From contig NC_087251.1 of assembly GCF_037042905.1 (NCBI RefSeq), positions 39,558,001 to 39,622,000 of the forward strand: a stretch of 64,000 nt of DNA, read 5' to 3'. Both the position numbers and the translations under genes were made by a program. Below, in pieces: positions 14,701 through 26,500 of this stretch. The notes below the pieces were generated by a model. The model was given only the letters and a program-made list of their open reading frames with translations, was not told the DNA's origin and did not search any database. The stretch's first letter is position 1; every line of letters begins with the position of its first letter. Source of the DNA: Lytechinus pictus. Lineage: Eukaryota.

Positions 14701-17281
14701 TAAACCAAGCAATTTACCTATTTTCCACCAGAATCATTTGGCATGTAATATTCATTCATACAGTAAGCAGACACTTGGTCCTTCATCTTGTTTCATCTGT
14801 TGGAATTAATTCTTTCATCTTGTCATCTAAATTAATTTGTTTAATGCAATGTAATGTTAATTTCTGTTCATTTACATTCCCCTTTGATCAATTGTTGAAC
14901 TTTTTTTAATACTTAGGTCTATAGGGACATCAACAACATTTATAAACACAGTGATGCTATACACGATGAATCCATAGACAGATAACGAGAGCAAAAGGGC
15001 AGTGGAGATGGAAGGTTGACTGACCCAATTTCAATAAAAATTTGTAAGATTGAAAATAGAATCCCTAATATAGAGCCTTGAATAATGCATTTGGAGGATG
15101 ATTATTTGGAGAACATATTTGTAAGAGGTCAGATTAGGGTTTGTGCTACTTCAATTACTCTCTCTCTCTTCCATGATCCCTCTCTGTCTCTTTTTATCTC
15201 TCCTGCCCTGACTCTATCTGTCTCCCTCTCCCTAACACTTTCTTTCTATCTCTCCCTTCACTATTTTTTCTTGCTCTTTCCTTTCATCCACTTTCCTTCT
15301 TACAGTCATTCTCCTTCTTCTTGTCATCCCCTCATGTCATCTTGTTTTTATTATTTCATTCTCCCCTTCTTTCCATAAATCATTTTAAAATAACATGTCT
15401 TGATAATAATGAAGATAATAATTAATAGTAATAACATTCATGAATGATATCTTTCATAATTTGACATTTCTCTTTACATCCAGAGCCAAATAATGAAGGA
15501 GTTTTTGACTCGACATGATTCAGGTTATCTGTGTCTTTATTTCCCCATCCATTTGTCTCTCCATGTTTCCCTCTCTTTCATTCATGCTTTCTTTGCCACT
15601 ACATCTCTCTCTCTCTCACTTGCTCTCCTTGGCTTGTCAGTGAATCTGATGATGATGATGGGCTTGTGCATCGACTGTGGAGGCGTATTTATGCAATTCC
15701 TTTTAATCTCCCCATCCCTTCTCCCAGGCCTGCAAGGCTGAGTGCCCTCCCCATTTTCTGGCGCGGTGATGCGCGATGATCCGCCGGCTTAGCAGCGCAA
15801 ACTTTCTCCCGATTTGGGACCGTGACCTTCTCAACCCTCAATGATGATATTTAATCATTTCTTCTTACTTTAAAGCTACATTATAATTTTTCAGCAAAAA
15901 TGAAGAGATTTTGCTCTCAGAAGATCATCATACCTAGATCATGTTATATTTATTTTGTCTGTATAAATGAAAATTTTCGCTATATATATCATTCTCTTTT
16001 CAGAGCATGCTCCAGGAGTGATATTTGAAGGATGATCATGTTCACATTTTTTTTTCTGTTTTGAAAAGACAATATTTTTTTCTGATATTTTCTTGATCAA
16101 TTGGCATGGCAATAAATATGAACATAATTAACAGATAAAGATGTAACTAAAATTAGTTCAGTTAAGAATGCCACCACTTTTAGTATATTCTGGAAGGAGA
16201 AGAAAAAGAGCAAAAACACCAGTTAATCAGATGATCTTATTCTTTTCATCTGTGAGGCATATTGGGAATACATTTGTAAGATGACAAATTTAAATGATAT
16301 GAAAATTGATTTGTGACTTTCCTTTGAAATCTCACATTCTATGAAATACCACTCAAATATCCAGTTATAAATACTTCATTATCCCAGCACAGGTATTGTG
16401 GTTGAGCCATCTTGGGTAATGTCAAGGTCTTGTTCTACCTCCACTTCTATTCAAACACATGTATTTATAGATCTTTTGATCCTCAGAGATTGCAAGAAAA
16501 CTATTAAGATTCACATCTTGAGTAAGACTGCTGTTAAGGGAATATTAGTGGTATTGAAGTCAAAGGTATTGAATGGCTATAAGTTTGATCAGTTTTACTA
16601 TGAAGATATGACTTTTGATGGTGATTTTTTTTAATTCCCTAATTCATTATTTGTATGTATATATGCAAAATCATTTAGAGTAAGCTTTAATATATTTTAT
16701 CCCTTTTCATTTAAAATGAAAAATATGACTGGTTAAAAAGTCCACAGTATAAAACTTCACGATCAGGAGAGTATGTATTAAATGCATAGTCATTGAATTG
16801 ATAATCATCAGGAAAGATGAATGCTGCCCAAATATAAGATTTTTTGTAGCAACAAATGTAATTTGAAAGCTCCACATTTTCCCGAATTCTTCCCAGGGAA
16901 GGAATAACGTAGCCAGTTTTTTTAAATATATGGAGATTGGGTTTAACTTTAGTCTATTTTCAACCACTTTATTTAATATTTTCTTTTTTTTTGTGGCTGT
17001 GGTATTTTGGTTTGTTGCCTCCTTCCTTTACTACAAAAGAAATATTTCTTTCAGTTATCTTTTGGGTTCATTGAAATCCAGTAGAAAGGAATTTACCAAA
17101 TGTTCTGGAAGTTCATGGGCAAGGCAGCGGGAGAAAAGTTACATGTTTGTGTATGTGTGAAAGAGAGAGAGATACATACAGAGGCAGGCAGACAGACAGA
17201 CAGACAGATAGATAGATAGATAAATAGATAGTGAGTGAGTGAGATACAGACAGAAACAGACAGACAGACAGACAGATAGAC

Positions 17282-17348
<67 letters not shown>

Positions 17349-17462
17349 CAGATAGACAGATAGATAGATAAATAGATAGTGAGTGCGTGAGATACAGACA
17401 GAAACAGACAGACAGACAGACAGACAGACAGATAGATAGATAGATAGATAGATGGATAGATG

Positions 17463-17519
<57 letters not shown>

Positions 17520-20500
17520 TGAGTGAGTGAGAAAGAGAAACAGATAGATAGACCGAGACAGACAGAGACACATGCAAACAGAGAGAAAGACAGAGAGAGA
17601 TACAGAGATGGGAGTTAACACCTTCTGGAACTCTGTGAACAAGATGAGGAGTACGATAATTGGATAGATGTGCCAGATTTACTCCAATTTGTTTAGCATC
17701 TCATCTCACCAAGCTAAACTCAGTCTTGATCTTTAAGTTGATCATGGCGGCTATTAAGCCGACTTGCATCTTTTCTTTTTCATCATTTCCTTCTGGGTCA
17801 ACCATATCTACGGGGAGGGATGGAACCGAGGGGCCGCCTCCTATTCCGAAGAACGCGCGAAGCGAGTCGTTGAACTTCTTTCTTTCTGATGCAATTAAAG
17901 CAAGCGGCCTTTAATCAGATAAGCGGCCATCTTGATTGGATTTGCTTGGTTTTAGAATGCATGTCTCTCTCTTTCTCTCCCTTTTGTTCTTTGTGAGTTG
18001 GATTGGTGTATGGGGGAGCAGCTGAGAACTGGATTGGATGAGTTCGTTGAGAACTGGACAAGTTCAGAAGGTCAAACTAAATGGGGATAAGGCTAATTTG
18101 AGGAGGCAGAGTCGAGATAGGGATGAGGGGGAGGGGGGGGGATTGGGAGGCTGTGGGGTAGAAGAGGTGAGGTGAATGGTATTAGGAATAAGATTGGGGA
18201 ACGATGTGCTAGGATATGTTAGTTTCCTCGTGGCCTACTGCAAGTTTGTCTATGAACAATCAAATTGTGTAATTGCCTCTTTATATACCCCTTTTTTAGA
18301 GTGTGGGAAGCCTTTACTCAGATTTGATTCTGGTAGGTGTTTGTTTAACAAATTCTCCTGGGTAGGGGAAAAGGTAACGATTATGAGCAATTCTTATCAA
18401 CAAAAATTAACTTGGTATACTTTTGCCATGAAAAGGGCAAAGATATTTACAGTAAACTTTAGGCATTCAAAATCTTTTGCATGTTTGGGGATTTTTTTTT
18501 CCCCGACTCAGTTCCATTGATTGATTGATTGATTTTATTTGGCAAGTCACCATAACATATACTAGTATACAGTAGCATTAAAACAACAGGCTTGCACAGG
18601 ATGACCCACGAAAGCTCAAAAGCTTATTTCCAGTGGGGTCCTCGACATACAGAATTAAGATAATAAAGTGGTAAAATTATACTATTTACATATTAAAAAA
18701 TGGAGAAAAAAAAATCAGAATTTATTATTACCAATAAAAAGATATATAGATAATATATACAAGAATATAAAGAAGAAGAAAAGAAGGAGAAGAAGGAGGA
18801 GGAATAGAAGAAGAAAGGGGAGGAGGAGGAGAAGGAGACGGAAGAAAAGGATGAGGAAGAAAAATAATAAGGAGAAGAACAACAGCAAAAACGACGACAA
18901 CAATAACAACACGAAGAGGAGAATAGAAGGAAGAGATAAAAGAAATAGAAAGAATAGAAGAAAGGACATATCGAAGCTTCAATCAAACTATGCAAAATAA
19001 ATAATAATACCTGATAGAGAAGAGAAAAGAACGTGGTCAGTGACGTTTGCTCCATCGTCAATTGCTCCGCCATAAATTTCACACACTACTCAATTGCCTG
19101 ACTTCAATTGATTGTCTGACAACCCTCAATTTAACACTATATCCTTCCCCAAACCTAACCCTGAACCTAACATAAAACCCTATTGCAACCCCAACACTAC
19201 ATCTTAGAGGAAATAAAGCCCAGAGCAATTGTGGAAGAAGCAAATGTTGTGTCATCCCAAAACCATACACCCTTGCCTTGCAATAGTTTATTTTAACTAC
19301 TTATTCAATTATCAGTTTGTCTGATTAAATATCTGAAACATTACTAGACCAAATAAGTATACAAAAAAAAAATATCCTAGCCTCATCAGAAATTGAGCTA
19401 AAGTTACAAGGATTAAGTGGCTATATAAGAATGAATAATAAGGTTTGATTGACAGATACTATATAAAATGGGATCTGACCATGTGGTAATTTCTTCAGAA
19501 TGATTGTTTGAAAGAAAGTAGGTTAGATCATTCTTAATTCTGTGTCAAATACAAAAATGATGGCATTTATTGTCACTGTGTACCCCCTCCCAAAGACAAA
19601 TGTTGGAAAAGGTCATAAAAAACCACGGTATATTACAGAAGAATGACTAAGGAGTTTTGATAAATGCTATTGCAATTTTTAGGGGGGTTATTGTGAGCAT
19701 CTTGTTGCAAACTGCCAATAATGTAAGCTACGCGTCAATTCATTGCCTTTTCAAGTGCCGCCTACACAGCGCCATGTACCATTTCATCATGATGAGACAG
19801 AGAAGTGAGAATATTGCGGTTTCTAATATTTCTAGTTTGACTCTGTTATTGCGGAGGAGGGATAGATATTGAAGAAAAATCTTTTCCCTGTAAAGACGAT
19901 GAGAAAACTAGATCAGTGGACAATTCCCGATGGAGATGTTCTTTGTGAAGAGAAACACGGAGTTCTCTTGGTTGGGGGGAGCTGCAATCGTGTTGGCGGG
20001 AGAGAAAGTCGAGTTTTTCTTGTAGGATTGTTTAAACAGAGTCAGACATGACACAATGTTTTCAGTGGGAGAATGTGAATTTCAAAGAAACTAGAGGGAG
20101 TACCACAAAAAAAAAAGAGGGAGAGCGCGGAGAGGTATGAAATGTTGAAGGATTAGGATAAGGGATAAAGGAGGGTGATAGAAGTGAGAGGAAGAGGAAA
20201 AAAGATGGGACAGAGAAAGAGAGAGAGAGAGAGGAAGAAAGAGCAATAGATCAGGAAAGGGGGCCGGTTTGGGCAAGTGATATGGGTTATATTGGTTGTT
20301 TGAGAGAATAAGGTATTTCGGAGGGGTAAGAAATTGGTTGGATTAGAACGATCATATGGGGGAAAGTGGGAAAAAAGAGGGAGATAAGGATATAGAGATA
20401 CGGACACAATAAGACAGGTGAAGGTATCACAGAAAAAAAAAGTATCATTGTAAAAAAGAACAAGTTTATTGAAGATAAAAAAAAAACCAACGAAATGAAA

Positions 20501-23500
20501 AAGAAGAGGAGATTGGCAAATAGTAAAGAGAATTTTAAAAAATAACCCAAACATGATGAATATGGTTCAATTTCCTCATGCACACACAACTTGTGAAAAT
20601 GTTTGTTTGGATGTGTGCACACGTACGTCAGCTCGCATCACTTGGTCTCCTGTCGTGGCGGCCATCCAGGGGTGTGTTTGACTCCGGTGCACTTCTTTAC
20701 CGCATCACGCTGAATAGAAATGCAAGTGGGTGTAGTCCCATGAATAATGTGCGGCGGCGGCAGCATTTAAATGTGTGGAGCGTGAGCAACCCTTGAAACC
20801 ATGCCCGCACACCCTTGCACATAAAAGAGGACTTTGTTTATTCATACATGTTCTCTTGAAAGCCAGTAAAGAGGCCATCATCGTTTCCTTCCCTTTGATG
20901 GGGGTTAACCGGTCGAACTATGCAAACAAGACATCATGCCTTTGATGTTTAGATGAGATTTGCCTGACTTTTAAAGGTGCTATGTGATATAAAGGTGCCA
21001 TGTGATATACATGTAACACCTTGCATTAAATGCTTTAGTAGTGTTCGCAGTTGATCAAATGTCATAAAAAAGAGTTAATTAATTAAACACTGAGCTTTAT
21101 ATTTTGACTTCATAATATGTAAAAATATTACATTTGCAAAGCCTAAAATTGTAAATACTTGATGATGAATTAATTTATTTTTTGCCTGAATTTTTAAGGT
21201 GCTATGTGTTATAACACCTTGCCACAAATGCCTTTAAAGTGTAAGCAATTGATCAAGTGTCATGAAAAGAGTGTTAACTAAAGAGAAATATTCAGTTATA
21301 TTTTTTCTTTATGCGATATAACAACTTGCCTAAAAAGTATTTGGAGTATTGATTTAAAAAGTGTTGTAAAACGCATGTTAACTTCATCATGAAATATGAG
21401 AATATTATATCTGTAAAAGAATAAATACTTGTATGAATTAAATTGTATGTTTGAAATTTATTTGCTTTCTGCGTCAAGAAGAGGCTGCTAATGTTAAAAC
21501 CCACGACATCCACAGATGGATTGTATGCAGAATATGTATCCATTTGATTTCTTCACAGCACACCATAAACTTATAATTTTGTGCTTCATGAATACATTCT
21601 GCAGTTGCCATAGAAACTGAAGTTTGGCCCATTTTTTCAAGATCAAGAGCTTTCCTTGGCAAAGAAATTTATATCCAAGTCAGTCACCAAGTATCAATGG
21701 AAGTATAGATGAGTTTGTGGATTGAATTCCAAAATTTTTCGTAAATTTCATTTTTCCAGGTCAGTCACCAAGTATCAATGGAAGAAGATGAGTTTGTGGA
21801 TTGAATTCCAGATTTTTTCATACTTTAACTTTTTGTTTTTTAATTGAACACATATGAATAATTCATGACAAAATTAAATCATCTACTATTATTCAAAAGG
21901 AGACTTGAAAAGAGTGCATTGACCAACATATGATAAGGACAGTCTCAACCCATTACACCTTACTTCTTTTGTATTACGTTACCTTTTGCTTGAGCTAAGA
22001 CAGTCCTTTATAGTAACTGCCATTGTACAGTGCTATCTACAGTAGATTGGAACACATTATTTTTCTATCTATTCTTTAGTTAGCTGATAAGTCTTAGTTG
22101 GCTTAGTTTTATGGTTAGAACACACAATCCACTACCACAAACGACCCTTTTTACACATTTATTTTAATGATTGTTTTCATTTGAACATGTTTAAAATTTC
22201 CTGATGAATTGAAAAATCGTTGGTCATCTGTTTGAATTCACATCTCTTATTTAGTTTGCAGTAATTGCTTGTTTATTGTTTGTGTGTCATTGTCGCACAT
22301 AGTCCCGCATTGCGCTTTTGCCAAAGTGGACTGATCTCGAAAGAACCCTTAACAAAGCAACACGATGAGACAAACGTACAAGAATGCCCGATCTATTTCC
22401 TCGTCTTCGTTTCTAATTGCACGCCATATCAAACCATTGCTCACTGTTCGTTTGTCTTATTGGGTTATATCAACCCTTCGCTCAAAGAGTCGAACCGAAA
22501 AATCGATATCCTTCGCTTACCATTCGTTGATAAAATTTGACAATAGTTACTAATCGCATGATTTGACGGAAATTCCATTTGAATTTGTTTTATTTGCATG
22601 CATTCGTGCATTTTTCCCATTCGTCACCCTTCGTCCGCCTACATTCGGTCAGGTGCGAGGAGGCTTTAAACAAGGTTGAATATAACATTTGGAATAGGTT
22701 CTCACTCCTCCAACCTTTCAATTGCAGACTTAACGTTTAAATTGCTAGTGTGTACAGGGAAAGGGCATGATTGCCCTGCCCCCTCCTTCATAAATATACA
22801 CAAATAAAAATATGAATGTTTTCACCTAAAGTGGTACCTGTTAAAGAGAAACTAATACTCAAGCCTCATGATTAACCCCTTGTTAATGAACAAGGAAGAG
22901 ATACTTGTAAGTTGTAAAAAGATGTAGAATCTTTTGGCCTGTTTCACCCTGCTCAAGTGTGTGCTATATAAAAAGTGTACAGTTTATACGAGAGTTAACG
23001 TCCTTCTGCCTGACCAACAAAAATGAGAATGGACGTATGTGTAATTCCTAATGCCCTTCTGCCACTCAGGCTACAAATTAATTCAATAGTTGATTGATGA
23101 GCTGATTGATTTACTGACTGTCTGACTCGCCCACCGACTTTCTAAATAGTCCATCTGATTGATTAGAAGGTTTTGTCGGTCAGCCAGTGCGTTACCCGGT
23201 CACTAGGTCAATTGTTATTGATAGTATGGTGGTGTGTAATGAAACAGGGTTAATTAAAACGTTCCTTTTCTTTTTCCGCATTCTCAATTGCAGTAAGAGT
23301 GTGACCCTGAATTTTATTCTAGATCTGAAATGTAAAACTGTTGTTTTTATTCTTGGTGTATAATGGACCTGGTGGCATATTAGACCTGTTCTAAGCAAAT
23401 TTCTCAAAGAAAGTTGACTTCTCCTACTTACCATGCCTAATGTGTTGATGATGACGATGACTTCTATAAAAATCTGTGACTATATTGTATTGCTGCTGCT

Positions 23501-26500
23501 TTTACAAGCGACCCACTTCAATATTGGCTCCAACATGAAATGATTCATTTTATCACTATGGAGGATGTGAATACCAATTATCACTCTTTTTTTTGGGGGG
23601 GGGGGGGAGGACCAAGTAATTGATATTAAAACCGTTTGACTCATTCCATACATTTTATTATTGTAACCAATTACCCACAAGTGCGCAATTGGTTACCATG
23701 GTAGGCCTTGTGGATTTGGACCACATGACCCAAATCTCGATCTAAATCTTAATCTGAATTTAGTAGTCCATATAAATCAAGGTTGCCTTCCTTAACTCAG
23801 ACACACATACCAGAGCTGTTCCAAGGCGTCGTGCAGTCGGCCATCTTGCTCCCATTCAGCTGAGGACAACGAATGCCATGTCAACGCCAAAAAGAGAAGG
23901 ATATGCCATGCATTAAAGTAAGTCATCTTCTCTCTCTTTTCTCTCGTAACATTGTGCTCTAAAAAATGAAAGGGTAGAAAGGGTATAAATTGCTCTTCAA
24001 AATGGCCAAGGAGTGAGAGGGTTTTTAATAATTGTGGAACACGAAGCCATTCCTCCTTTCTTTTACACCTGTTTTTGCCTTTTATTTTTATAGAGTGTAG
24101 TAAAAGTGGTATAGTAGTAGTAATAGTAGTAGTAGTAGTAGTTTAGTAGTAGTAGTAATATGAATATGTGGTATGAAACATCTTAATTGTAAGAGAACAG
24201 GACAATACAAAAAATAGAACATACCTCGTCCATATCTATTGTCGTAACTTAATACAACTAAAATATTATTGGATATTAAAGATGATCAAAAAATAGAACA
24301 TACCTCGTCCATATCTATTGTCGTAACTTAATACAACTAAAATATTATTGGATATTAAAGATGATCAATGACGGTGATGACTGACCTTATGCCTCTCCTG
24401 GGCCCCGTCTTACAAAGAGTTACAATTGATCCGATCAATCATAACTCTATGGAAATCCATCAGTGTCATTATTTTTTCTATGAAAAACTTGCACAATGTG
24501 CTCCCTATGCACAGAGAAACGCAGTGAATTTTAAAGAAAACAATGAATGCATGAATATACATCATAGCTAGAACATATTTTGAACAAACACGTATAATAG
24601 ATGTTGACGTTGCTGGTCGTCCATAGTTATGATTGATCGGATCAATCGTAACTCTTTGTAAGACAGGGCCTGTATTACATTTTCTTTTTGAAATTATAAT
24701 TACTTGAGCAAAGGAATATCATTTAAAAGTTGACAGTTTGTTTCCTAAGTCTATTATCGAGGAATTAATTGTCCATACTTACTTTGTACTTATAGAAGAG
24801 TCGCATGTGAAGACATTTAAAAAAAAAAAAAATTAAATTTGATCTATTTAATTAAATTTTTACTTCATTTTATATCTTTATTGGTTTATCTAAGGATATA
24901 TTGATCAGCAGCACAGGCTGAAAGTGTCCAGATATGCAATCTGATCAGAAAGTAAAATTACATGTAAATAGAGTGTAATTATAGAAAAATAGGGTACAAT
25001 GATTGAATTGCATCAAGGATGGGAAGTATCTTATTATGAATGAATATGACACATGAGAAGGAAATTAACTTGCTTTAGTGATTTACGATTATTGGTTTGT
25101 CGTATTGCTTTCTACAACTAAATGGGTATACTGTTTGTTGATTCGATGAGAGTCATTCATTGTGCGATGACACGAGGCCAATCAAAGCCCCTAATTGTGA
25201 TTAATTATAAGAGAGGTTTGTTCGCTTGAAAGTAATGGTGGTTCAAGAAGTTGAGCGGCTGTCTGGAGACCGAGAAATTGAGGTCTTCGAGTCCAAGGTT
25301 ACACAAGTGTTTTTAATTCCTTGGGGCACTTCAGTATGAAAAGTTCACAGTTAATTGCTTTTTGGGAGAGATTTGTCAAGAGAACGATTGTATAAACTTG
25401 AAATAATGAAATTGAAGTGAGGTAAAGTGTAAAGGAGTTTGAAATGATGTGTAAGATATGTGGATTATTCAAAAGAAATCACTCAGTAGAGAGAACATTA
25501 ATAGATATTAAGAAAAGGTTCAAAAGTACCTGGTTATTGCTTTTTGGAGTGATTTGTCAGGTGAATGTTTTAATGTAAAATTTGAAGGAAAAAAAAGGAA
25601 AAAATTGATAAAAAGTATAATGAAAAGGAATTTGAAACGAGGATATGAGGTTTACTAAAAAGAAATCACTTCATAGAAAGAAAATTTGTAGATATTAAGA
25701 AACATAAAGAGAGGGGTGGAGTGGAAAAGTAAGAATAAGGATTCATTTGATTCACTCATAGGGGGGGGGGGTCACCTCATCACCTAAAATGAGAACATGG
25801 ACCATTATTTTTTTATAGGAAGGTATACTTAAGGCATGTCCAAAGTTTCCATGGAGATTCATTGATATGACTAATATTTTACTTATTTAGTGCTCTTTCC
25901 CAATGATTTTATTCTTTCTTAATAAAAATCATTTAATCAAACCATAATTTTCAAAATAGACAATTTGGTCACTCTTTAATCCAACATGTGTGAAGCAAAT
26001 CATAGATTACTTTTACTAATTCTTATACAATCGAAGAATAGAAAAGGCTTTTCACCTCATCCCTTCTCTTCGGTTATAAGAAAAGAAAGAATTCTATCAT
26101 TGAAATGGAATTAGAAAGCGAATCAGAGAGAGAAAGAGGCACTATGATAGACACCAAAAAGATAGAGATATAAAAGCTCTAATGGAAAGATAAATACCCG
26201 ACACACGAAGTGTGTTTAAAGGATCTCTACTCCCAGGCATTGCTAATTAAAACTAAATGCCATTGGCATCAGCATGTTAGCAGTGCAAATATATCAAGTC
26301 AATCTTTTACAGCATAAACAGAACTGATGCAGCAATTAAGTAAAATGTGTCTGACACTGAGGGGGTTTTGCGTCATTTCACCGCACTCCACACGTGACTA
26401 CAAACATCATTTCGCTGGGGAGCTAGTGCCTGTGGTTGTGGAATAAAGTTGTTTTTTTCTCTTTCATCCCATGATGATCTGTAACATGTTTTTAGTAAAT

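Larger units (their letters stand above)
5182..23806 (+). other. U12-type (minor spliceosome) AT-AC intron, 18,625 nt
   Basis: 5' site ATATCCTTT at 5182; branch site TTCCTTAAC at 23788-23796; AC at 23805-23806; the join restores the frame (TT|A TAC = L-Y). Confidence 0.9.

Noticed and set aside
17113..19082. YLSI-repeat and Arg/Lys-rich ORFs
   Set aside because: Derived from (AGAT)n and purine-rich simple repeats.
19120..19200. Interstitial telomere (TAACCC-like)
   Set aside because: Few degenerate units inside a small TIR element.
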